NCBI RefSeq assembly: GCF_054482525.1
Contig: NZ_CM137006.1
Strand: one strand, 5' to 3'
Length of the DNA: 64,000 nucleotides
Part shown: in pieces, positions 48,067-56,308 of the stretch
Layout of the letters: each line of letters starts with the position of its first letter
Numbering within the stretch: the first letter of the stretch is position 1
Translations under genes and position numbers: made by a program
Notes under the pieces: model-generated
What the model saw: the letters and a program-made list of their open reading frames with translations, nothing else
The model's database searches: none
Told to the model about the DNA's origin: nothing

Positions 48067-48351
48067 GTCATCACCTTTACGATTCCAGTTTTCGTGATTT
48101 AATTAAAAACACGAATCACGTTGTTTTATGAAAGTTACACAATGGTTAACTAAAATCACAAATTTTGTATGTTTGAACTGTGACGGATTTCGCACCCTAT
48201 TTTTATAAATCATTATTTATCAGTGCATTAATGTTTTTCGCAGTTGCTATACAGATTGCATAGTTAACATTTCGTTAAAAGACCACTTGCTTTTTTATGA
48301 TTCGCGGTTTAACTATTAGCAACAGAAATGTGAAACATCTGGAGAGTAGCG
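48067..48351. promoter_or_regulatory. Divergent paaA / paaZ promoter region
   Basis: 285-bp AT-rich spacer between divergent paaA and paaZ; contains the inverted repeats listed next and a CRP-like half-site (tgtgacggatttcgca, 48179-48194). Confidence 0.6.
48080..48120. promoter_or_regulatory. Candidate PaaX operator
   Basis: cGATTC at 48080-48085 and GAATCA at 48113-48118 separated by 27 bp (remembered PaaX motif TGATTC-N26-28-GAATCA); nested inverted repeat CGTGATT (48093-48099) / AATCACG (48114-48120). Confidence 0.45.
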
Positions 48352-50397
48352 ATGCAGCAGTTAGCCAGTTTCTTATCCGGTACCTGGCAGTCTGGCCGGG
48401 GCCGTAGCCGTTTGATTCACCACGCTATTAGCGGCGAGGCGTTATGGGAAGTGACCAGTGAAGGTCTTGATATGGCGGCTGCCCGCCAGTTTGCCATTGA
48501 AAAAGGTGCCCCCGCCCTCCGCGCGATGACCTTTATCGAACGTGCGGCGATGCTTAAAGCGGTCGCTAAACATCTGCTGAGTGAAAAAGAGCGTTTCTAT
48601 GCTCTTTCTGCACAAACAGGCGCAACGCGGGCAGACAGTTGGGTTGATATTGAAGGTGGCATTGGGACGTTATTTACATACGCCAGCCTCGGTAGCCGGG
48701 AGCTGCCTGACGATACGCTGTGGCCGGAAGATGAATTGATCCCCTTATCGAAAGAAGGTGGATTTGCCGCGCGCCATGTACTGACCTCAAAGTCAGGCGT
48801 GGCAGTGCATATTAACGCCTTTAACTTCCCCTGCTGGGGAATGCTGGAAAAGCTGGCACCAACGTGGCTGGGCGGAATGCCAGCCATCATCAAACCAGCT
48901 ACCGCGACGGCCCAACTGACTCAGGCGATGGTGAAATCAATTGTCGATAGTGGTCTTGTTCCCGAAGGCGCAATTAGTCTGATCTGCGGTAGTGCGGGCG
49001 ACCTTTTGGATCATCTGGACAGCCAAGATGTGGTGACTTTCACGGGGTCCGCGACGACCGGACAGATGCTGCGAGTTCAGCCAAATATCGTTGCCAAATC
49101 TATCCCCTTCACCATGGAAGCTGATTCCCTGAACTGCTGCGTACTGGGCGAAGATGTCACCCCGGATCAACCGGAGTTTGCGCTGTTTATTCGTGAAGTT
49201 GTGCGTGAGATGACCACAAAAGCTGGGCAAAAATGTACGGCAATCCGGCGGATTATTGTGCCGCAGGCATTGGTTAATGCTGTCAGTGATGCTCTGGTTG
49301 CGCGATTACAGAAAGTCGTGGTCGGTGATCCTGCGCAGGAAGGCGTGAAAATGGGCGCACTGGTAAATGCTGAGCAGCGTGCCGATGTGCAGGAAAAAGT
49401 GAACACATTGCTGGCTGCAGGATGCGAGATTCGCCTCGGTGGTCAGGCGGATTTATCTGCTGCGGGTGCCTTCTTCCCGCCAACCTTATTGTACTGTCCG
49501 CAGCCGGATGAAACACCGGCGGTACATGCAACAGAAGCCTTTGGCCCTGTCGCAACACTGATGCCTGCACAAAACCAGCAACATGCTCTGCAACTGGCTT
49601 GTGCAGGCGGCGGTAGCCTTGCGGGAACGCTGGTGACGGCTGATCCGCAAATTGCGCGTCAGTTTATTGCCGACGCGGCACGTACGCATGGGCGAATTCA
49701 GATCCTCAATGAAGAATCGGCAAAAGAATCCACCGGGCATGGCTCCCCACTGCCACAACTGGTACATGGTGGGCCTGGTCGCGCAGGAGGCGGTGAAGAA
49801 TTAGGTGGTTTACGGGCGGTGAAACATTACATGCAGCGAACCGCTGTTCAGGGTAGTCCGACGATGCTTGCCGCTATCAGTAAACAGTGGGTGCGTGGTG
49901 CGAAAGTCGAAGAAGATCGTATTCATCCGTTCCGCAAATATTTTGAGGAGCTGCAACCAGGCGACAGCCTGTTGACTCCCCGCCGCACAATGACAGAGGC
50001 CGATATTGTGAACTTTGCTTGCCTCAGCGGCGATCATTTCTATGCACATATGGATAAGATTGCTGCTGCCGAATCTATTTTTGGTGAGCGTGTAGTACAT
50101 GGGTATTTTGTGCTTTCTGCGGCTGCGGGTCTGTTTGTCGATGCCGGAGTTGGTCCGGTCATTGCTAACTACGGGCTGGAAAACTTGCGTTTTATCGAAC
50201 CCGTAAAACCAGGCGATACCATCCAGGTGCGTCTCACCTGTAAGCGCAAGACGCTGAAAAAACAGCGTAGCGCAGAAGAAAAACCAACAGGTGTAGTGGA
50301 ATGGGCGGTAGAGGTATTCAATCAGCATCAAACCCCGGTGGCGCTGTATTCAATTCTGACGCTGGTGGCCAGGCAGCACGGTGATTTTGTCGATTAA
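48352..50397 (+). CDS. paaZ: Bifunctional oxepin-CoA hydrolase / 3-oxo-5,6-dehydrosuberyl-CoA semialdehyde dehydrogenase
   Basis: 681-aa ORF; N-terminal aldehyde dehydrogenase domain plus C-terminal MaoC-like hotdog domain. Confidence 0.95.
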   Translation: MQQLASFLSGTWQSGRGRSRLIHHAISGEALWEVTSEGLDMAAARQFAIEKGAPALRAMTFIERAAMLKAVAKHLLSEKERFYALSAQTGATRADSWVDIEGGIGTLFTYASLGSRELPDDTLWPEDELIPLSKEGGFAARHVLTSKSGVAVHINAFNFPCWGMLEKLAPTWLGGMPAIIKPATATAQLTQAMVKSIVDSGLVPEGAISLICGSAGDLLDHLDSQDVVTFTGSATTGQMLRVQPNIVAKSIPFTMEADSLNCCVLGEDVTPDQPEFALFIREVVREMTTKAGQKCTAIRRIIVPQALVNAVSDALVARLQKVVVGDPAQEGVKMGALVNAEQRADVQEKVNTLLAAGCEIRLGGQADLSAAGAFFPPTLLYCPQPDETPAVHATEAFGPVATLMPAQNQQHALQLACAGGGSLAGTLVTADPQIARQFIADAARTHGRIQILNEESAKESTGHGSPLPQLVHGGPGRAGGGEELGGLRAVKHYMQRTAVQGSPTMLAAISKQWVRGAKVEEDRIHPFRKYFEELQPGDSLLTPRRTMTEADIVNFACLSGDHFYAHMDKIAAAESIFGERVVHGYFVLSAAAGLFVDAGVGPVIANYGLENLRFIEPVKPGDTIQVRLTCKRKTLKKQRSAEEKPTGVVEWAVEVFNQHQTPVALYSILTLVARQHGDFVD

Positions 50398-50407
50398 TCG
50401 GTGAATG

Positions 50408-50438
50408 AAGGGCAACGGCGAATAGTTGCCCTTTTATT
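50408..50438 (+). terminator. Rho-independent terminator of paaZ
   Basis: gggcaacggcgaatagttgccc followed by ttttattt. Confidence 0.65.
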
Positions 50439-50644
50439 TCACCAAATTTTGTGACGTTGTCACGTTATGCATGATGTGTATCTGTATTTTCAGGGCACCC
50501 ACTGTATGAAAAGCTGGCACACCTGCCAAACAACCTGGCAGGTGCAGGCAATCCCCTTTACATCAGTACTGATAATGTGAACCTGACTAAACCGCCCACA
50601 GAGCGCGGTTGCTAACAAGAACACAACATCTGACGAGGTTAATA

Positions 50645-52918
50645 ATGGGAAGCCCCTCTCTGTATTCTGCCCGTAAAACAGCCGTGGCGTTGGCAGTCGC
50701 CTTAAGTTTCGCCTGGCAAGCGCCGGTATTTGCCCACGGTGGCGAAGCGCATATGGTGCCAATGGATGAAACGCTTAAAGAATTTGGTGCCGATGTGCAG
50801 TGGGACGACTACGCCCAGATCTTTACCCTGATTAAAGATGGCGCGTACGTGAAAGTGAAACCGGGTGCGCAAACAGCAATTGTTAATGGTCAGCCTCTGG
50901 CACTGCAAGTACCGGTAGTGATGAAAGACAATAAAGCCTGGGTTTCTGACACCTTTATTAACGATGTTTTCCAGTCCGGGCTGGATCAAACCTTTCAGGT
51001 AGAAAAGCGCCCTCACCCACTTAATGCGCTAACTGCGGACGAAATTAAACAGGCCGTTGAAATTGTTAAAGCTTCCGCGGACTTCAAACCCAATACCCGT
51101 TTTACTGAGATTTCCCTGCTACCGCCAGATAAAGAAGCTGTCTGGGCGTTTGCGCTGGAAAACAAACCGGTTGACCAGCCACGCAAAGCCGACGTCATTA
51201 TGCTCGACGGCAAACATATCATCGAAGCGGTGGTGGATCTGCAAAACAACAAACTGCTCTCCTGGCAACCCATTAAAGACGCCCACGGTATGGTGTTGCT
51301 GGATGATTTCGCCAGTGTGCAGAACATTATTAACAACAGTGAAGAATTTGCCGCTGCCGTGAAGAAGCGCGGTATTACTGATGCGAAGAAAGTGATTACC
51401 ACGCCGCTGACCGTAGGTTATTTCGATGGTAAAGATGGCCTGAAACAAAATGCCCGGTTGCTCAAAGTCATCAGCTATCTTGATGTCGGTGATGGCAACT
51501 ACTGGGCACATCCCATCGAAAACCTGGTGGCGGTCGTTGACTTAGAACAGAAAAAAATCGTTAAGATTGAAGAAGGTCCGGTAGTTCCGGTGCCAATGAC
51601 CGCACGCCCATTTGATGGCCGTGACCGCGTTGCTCCGGCAGTTAAACCTATGCAAATCATCGAGCCTGAAGGTAAAAATTACACCATTACTGGCGATATG
51701 ATTCACTGGCGTAACTGGGATTTTCACCTCAGCATGAACTCTCGCGTCGGGCCGATGATCTCCACCGTGACTTATAACGACAATGGCACCAAACGCAAAG
51801 TCATGTACGAAGGTTCTCTCGGCGGCATGATTGTGCCTTACGGTGATCCTGATATTGGCTGGTACTTTAAAGCGTATCTGGACTCTGGTGACTACGGTAT
51901 GGGCACGCTAACCTCACCAATTGCTCGTGGTAAAGATGCACCGTCTAACGCAGTGCTCCTTAATGAAACCATCGCCGACTACACTGGCGTGCCGATTGAG
52001 ATCCCTCGCGCTATCGCGGTATTTGAACGTTATGCCGGGCCGGAGTATAAGCATCAGGAAATGGGCCAGCCCAACGTCAGTACCGAACGCCGGGAGTTAG
52101 TGGTGCGCTGGATCAGTACAGTGGGTAACTATGACTACATTTTTGACTGGATCTTCCATGAAAACGGCACTATTGGCATTGATGCCGGTGCTACGGGCAT
52201 CGAAGCGGTGAAAGGTGTTAAAGCGAAAACCATGCACGATGAGACGGCGAAAGATGACACGCGCTACGGCACGCTTATCGATCACAATATCGTGGGTACT
52301 ACACACCAGCATATTTATAATTTCCGCCTCGATCTGGATGTAGATGGCGAGAATAACAGCCTGGTGGCGATGGACCCAGTGGTAAAACCGAATACTGCCG
52401 GTGGCCCACGCACCAGTACCATGCAAGTTAATCAGTACAACATCGGCAATGAACAGGATGCCGCGCAGAAGTTTGATCCGGGCACGATTCGTCTGTTGAG
52501 TAACCTGAACAAAGAGAATCGCATGGGCAATCCGGTTTCCTATCAAATTATTCCTTATGCAGGTGGTACTCACCCGGTAGCAAAAGGTGCCCAGTTCGCG
52601 CCGGACGAGTGGATCTATCATCGTTTAAGCTTTATGGACAAGCAGCTCTGGGTAACGCGTTATCATCCTGGCGAGCGTTTCCCGGAAGGCAAATATCCAA
52701 ACCGTTCTACTCATGACACCGGTCTTGGACAATACAGTAAAGATAACGAGTCGCTGGACAACACCGACGCCGTTGTCTGGATGACCACCGGCACCACACA
52801 TGTGGCCCGTGCCGAAGAGTGGCCGATTATGCCGACCGAATGGGTACATACCCTGCTGAAACCATGGAACTTCTTTGACGAAACGCCAACGCTTGGGGCG
52901 ATAAAGAAAGATAAGTGA
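50645..52918 (+). CDS. tynA: Periplasmic copper/topaquinone primary-amine oxidase
   Basis: 757-aa form from ATG 50645 with signal peptide MGSPSLYSARKTAVALAVALSFAWQAPVFA; track ORF starts 12 codons upstream. Confidence 0.95.
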   Translation: MGSPSLYSARKTAVALAVALSFAWQAPVFAHGGEAHMVPMDETLKEFGADVQWDDYAQIFTLIKDGAYVKVKPGAQTAIVNGQPLALQVPVVMKDNKAWVSDTFINDVFQSGLDQTFQVEKRPHPLNALTADEIKQAVEIVKASADFKPNTRFTEISLLPPDKEAVWAFALENKPVDQPRKADVIMLDGKHIIEAVVDLQNNKLLSWQPIKDAHGMVLLDDFASVQNIINNSEEFAAAVKKRGITDAKKVITTPLTVGYFDGKDGLKQNARLLKVISYLDVGDGNYWAHPIENLVAVVDLEQKKIVKIEEGPVVPVPMTARPFDGRDRVAPAVKPMQIIEPEGKNYTITGDMIHWRNWDFHLSMNSRVGPMISTVTYNDNGTKRKVMYEGSLGGMIVPYGDPDIGWYFKAYLDSGDYGMGTLTSPIARGKDAPSNAVLLNETIADYTGVPIEIPRAIAVFERYAGPEYKHQEMGQPNVSTERRELVVRWISTVGNYDYIFDWIFHENGTIGIDAGATGIEAVKGVKAKTMHDETAKDDTRYGTLIDHNIVGTTHQHIYNFRLDLDVDGENNSLVAMDPVVKPNTAGGPRTSTMQVNQYNIGNEQDAAQKFDPGTIRLLSNLNKENRMGNPVSYQIIPYAGGTHPVAKGAQFAPDEWIYHRLSFMDKQLWVTRYHPGERFPEGKYPNRSTHDTGLGQYSKDNESLDNTDAVVWMTTGTTHVARAEEWPIMPTEWVHTLLKPWNFFDETPTLGAIKKDK

Positions 52919-52930
52919 TTGTTTCAGACT

Positions 52931-52959
52931 AAAAAAACGGCACCAGGTGCCGTTTTTTA
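52931..52959. terminator. Bidirectional rho-independent terminator between convergent tynA and feaB
   Basis: aaaaaaacggcaccaggtgccgtttttt: perfect stem cggcacc / ggtgccg with A-run and T-run on either side. Confidence 0.75.
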
Positions 52960-52976
52960 CTTATGAGCGAACCAGA

Positions 52977-54476
52977 TTAATACCGTACACACACCGACTT
53001 AGTTTCACACCAACCGTCCAGCCAATCCGGGCCAAAATCACGGCCTGTTCCTGACTGCTTCATCCCACCAAACGGTAAGTTAGCGTCAATTAAGGTATGG
53101 CTGTTTACCCACACCGTACCTGCCTGTAAGCGATCGCTATATTCCAGAGCCTGGGAGAGATTTTGCGTCCAGACGCTGGCAGTTAAGCCATATTCCGTGT
53201 CGTTTGCCAGTTGTAACGCCTCTTCTCCATCCGCTACTCGCACCAGGTTAACCACCGGACCAAACACCTCTTCACGAGTTAAGCGCAATTTAGCATCGGG
53301 ATTAACCACCAGCGTTGGCGCAACATAATATCCCTCTCCGGCAGGTCCACTCGACCCGCGAATCAGTTCTGCTTGCTGTGCCTGCGCATCGTCGAGGAAT
53401 GAACGCACTTTGTCGCAATGCGCACGAGAAACCAAAGGGTTAATCTGTGCAACAAGTGACATCCCCGGTCCCACTTGCAACGATTTTACCGCCTGCTCAA
53501 ATCCACTAACCAGCGTGTCAAACAACGGCGCTTCAATATAAATTCGCGAACTGGCGGCGCATACTTGCCCCTGATTCAGGAAACTTCCGGTCATCAAACC
53601 TTCAATAACCCATTGCGGATCAGCATCTTTTAATACAATTGCCGGGTTTTTACCGCCCAGCTCCAGCGTTACACGCGTTAAGCGATCAGCCGCAGTTCTG
53701 GCAATACCTTTGCCCGTCGCGGTTGAACCGGTAAAACTAATTTTCGCGACATGAGGATGTGACGTCAGGGCCGCGCCGCATACAGCACCTGACCCGGTGA
53801 CCACATTAAAAACGCCATCAGGGATACCAGCCTCGCTGGCCAGTTCCGCCACGCGCAACATCGTCAGTGGCGTGGTTTCCGAAGGCTTAATCACGATTGA
53901 ACAGCCTGCTGCCAGTGCTGGCATCACCTTCCACATACCAATCATCAACGGAAAGTTCCATGGCACAATTCCCGCCACTACGCCAACCGGCTCTTTACGC
54001 GTCCAGGCCTGATAACGCGCCCCCTGGGGTAAGGGAATCGACAAGTCCAGCGTTTTACCCGCGATTTTGGTCGTTAACCCGGCGGTATAACGCATCCAGT
54101 TCAGCGTACAGCCCACTTCAAAAGCACGGGAAATGGCAATTGACTTGCCTTGCTCCAGGGTTTCCAGTTGCGCCAGCTCCTCACTGTGCTGCTCCACCAG
54201 ATCAGCAAAACGTAGCAGAATACGTTCACGCTCTGCGGGTAATCGCCCGGCCCAGCGACGCGAGACAAAGGCCCGCCAGGCAGACATGACTGCGTTATCT
54301 ACATCCGCTTCGTTGGCATCAGCAGTAGACGCAATTTCTTGCCCGGTGGCCGGATCAAAGATCGCCAACCGTTTTTCACTTTGTGCGGGGCCAGGACGAC
54401 CATCAATATAAAGACCGTGTTGACGATCGAGAAACTGTTGGACCTGGCTTAATACTGCTACATGCGGCTCTGTCAT
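52977..54476 (-). CDS. feaB: Phenylacetaldehyde dehydrogenase
   Basis: 499-aa form [37 protein letters not shown]...; aldehyde dehydrogenase family; track ORF starts one Met earlier. Confidence 0.95.
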   Translation of the reverse strand: MTEPHVAVLSQVQQFLDRQHGLYIDGRPGPAQSEKRLAIFDPATGQEIASTADANEADVDNAVMSAWRAFVSRRWAGRLPAERERILLRFADLVEQHSEELAQLETLEQGKSIAISRAFEVGCTLNWMRYTAGLTTKIAGKTLDLSIPLPQGARYQAWTRKEPVGVVAGIVPWNFPLMIGMWKVMPALAAGCSIVIKPSETTPLTMLRVAELASEAGIPDGVFNVVTGSGAVCGAALTSHPHVAKISFTGSTATGKGIARTAADRLTRVTLELGGKNPAIVLKDADPQWVIEGLMTGSFLNQGQVCAASSRIYIEAPLFDTLVSGFEQAVKSLQVGPGMSLVAQINPLVSRAHCDKVRSFLDDAQAQQAELIRGSSGPAGEGYYVAPTLVVNPDAKLRLTREEVFGPVVNLVRVADGEEALQLANDTEYGLTASVWTQNLSQALEYSDRLQAGTVWVNSHTLIDANLPFGGMKQSGTGRDFGPDWLDGWCETKSVCVRY

Positions 54477-54545
54477 CACTTTTCCTTATCATTTACCCAG
54501 TGTGATTTCAGTGTACGCAGCGACAAGAAAAGTCACTTTTTTCGC

Positions 54546-54592
54546 TGTGACATTCGCTTTGTCAGCTGTGACAAGCTCCGCAAATCGTGACA
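54546..54592. promoter_or_regulatory. Three phased direct repeats (C/T)GTGACA upstream of feaB; candidate FeaR activator site
   Basis: gcTGTGACA at 54546-54552, gcTGTGACA at 54567-54573, tCGTGACA at 54586-54592; spacing 21 and 19 bp; 67-113 bp upstream of the feaB start in the divergent feaB/feaR spacer. Confidence 0.45.
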
Positions 54593-54711
54593 ATAACCGC
54601 TTATGTCTCTATGCCTGACAAGACTTATTTCCTATAGTCAGGCTCATTAGCTTCGATTATCGCAACACAAATGCAACAATAAAAATACATTTCACAGAGC
54701 GAAAACGTGCC

Positions 54712-55617
54712 ATGAACCCCGCAGTGGATAATGAGTTTCAGCAATGGCTTTCCCAAATCAATCAGGTATGCGGAAATTTTACCGGGCGCCTGCTGACTGA
54801 GCGTTACACGGGTGTACTGGATACGCATTTTGCCAAAGGACTAAAGCTGAGTACCGTGACAACCAACGGGGTGAATTTATCCCGCACCTGGCAGGAAGTA
54901 AAAGGCAGCGACGATGCCTGGTTTTACACCGTTTTTCAGCTTAGTGGTCAGGCAATAATGGAGCAGGATGAGCGTCAGGTGCAGATTGGCGCTGGCGATA
55001 TTACGTTACTCGATGCCTCACGCCCCTGTTCGCTTTACTGGCAGGAGTCTTCTAAACAGATTTCATTACTTTTACCACGCACTCTGCTGGAACAATATTT
55101 TCCCCATCAAAAACCTGTCTGCGCAGAAAGACTGGACGCTGACTTACCTATGGTGCAACTCAGTCATCGCCTGTTGCAGGAGAGCATGAATAACCCGGCA
55201 CTTTCTGAAACAGAAAGTGAAGCTGCGCTACAGGCGATGGTGTGTCTGCTTCGCCCGGTACTTCATCAGCGGGAATCTGTTCAACCTCGGCGTGAACGTC
55301 AGTTTCAAAAAGTGGTTACGTTGATAGACGATAATATTCGCGAAGAGATATTACGCCCGGAGTGGATAGCCGGAGAGACAGGTATGTCAGTACGTAGTTT
55401 GTACCGAATGTTTGCCGATAAAGGTTTGGTGGTCGCGCAATATATTCGTAACCGTCGTCTCGATTTTTGTGCTGATGCGATTCGCCATGCCGCAGATGAT
55501 GAAAAACTGGCAGGCATTGGCTTTCATTGGGGATTTTCCGACCAGAGTCATTTTTCAACGGTATTTAAGCAACGCTTTGGGATGACGCCAGGCGAGTATC
55601 GCCGTAAATTCCGCTAA
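54712..55617 (+). CDS. feaR: AraC-family activator of tynA/feaB
   Basis: 301-aa ORF with C-terminal AraC-type HTH (...GFSDQSHFSTVFKQRFGMTPGEYRRKFR). Confidence 0.9.
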   Translation: MNPAVDNEFQQWLSQINQVCGNFTGRLLTERYTGVLDTHFAKGLKLSTVTTNGVNLSRTWQEVKGSDDAWFYTVFQLSGQAIMEQDERQVQIGAGDITLLDASRPCSLYWQESSKQISLLLPRTLLEQYFPHQKPVCAERLDADLPMVQLSHRLLQESMNNPALSETESEAALQAMVCLLRPVLHQRESVQPRRERQFQKVVTLIDDNIREEILRPEWIAGETGMSVRSLYRMFADKGLVVAQYIRNRRLDFCADAIRHAADDEKLAGIGFHWGFSDQSHFSTVFKQRFGMTPGEYRRKFR

Positions 55618-55788
55618 CTAATTCGCGTTGTGTGTACTGCAACGCCAATTAGTTAAAACAGATATTTGACTACGCATATTTCAGGGCGAAAGGCAATTTG
55701 ACAGGAGCTTTTGAATATTCACCTTGTTTCAGGAAAATAGATCAATCGTTTTCTCCTGTAGCGTTATCCCGATAGTGCGGTTTTGCTA

Positions 55789-56115
55789 TTAAAATTTTCG
55801 CACCCATTTACCGTTTATCCCTTGTACATATTCCCCCGGTTTGGCCCGAGCTACGAGCTTTTGCCCGGCGAGTTTCGCGATATCATCTACCGACACATTA
55901 TTTTGCTTTGCCAGTTGTTGGTAACTCGCTTTACGTTCGGCATTAATGTCGGTTACTAATTTCTCTGTTTCAGCATCCGTTTTCAGCGCAACCAGATAAC
56001 CATAAAATGTTTCACCTACCCGCCCCTGAGTTCTGGCTTCATCCAGAGTCAATGCCATTACATTGCTGCTTACCAGCCCAACAAGAAACGCACAAAGAAG
56101 TAATGTTTTCTTCAT
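55789..56115 (-). CDS. ydbL: Periplasmic DUF1318 protein
   Basis: 108-aa form MKKTLLLCAFLVGLVSSNVMALTLDEARTQGRVGETFYGYLV...; track ORF starts 27 codons upstream. Confidence 0.85.
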   Translation of the reverse strand: MKKTLLLCAFLVGLVSSNVMALTLDEARTQGRVGETFYGYLVALKTDAETEKLVTDINAERKASYQQLAKQNNVSVDDIAKLAGQKLVARAKPGEYVQGINGKWVRKF

Positions 56116-56122
56116 CATCGCC

Positions 56123-56308
56123 TCAGAAAAGATCGCTACGAGTTTCAAGCAGCTCTTCGACATCTTTGTCTGCCTTGATGATGATCTCATGCTCAATTTT
56201 AACGTTCATATTGATAGTGATCGGTTCCTTAGGTGCAGCGACTTCAATGCGAGGCGTACAGCCAACCAGCATAAAAGATGACGTCAACGCAGCCAGTAAA
56301 ATTTTCAT
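56123..56308 (-). CDS. ynbE: Small lipoprotein
   Basis: 61-aa ORF with lipobox MKILLAALTSSFMLVGC; start overlaps the ydbH stop by 4 nt. Confidence 0.85.
   Translation of the reverse strand: MKILLAALTSSFMLVGCTPRIEVAAPKEPITINMNVKIEHEIIIKADKDVEELLETRSDLF

Noticed and set aside
49810-50331. 173-aa minus-strand ORF
   Set aside because: Antisense within paaZ; no support.
50702-52849. Several minus-strand ORFs of 61-174 aa (e.g. 52097..52621)
   Set aside because: All antisense within tynA; shadow ORFs.
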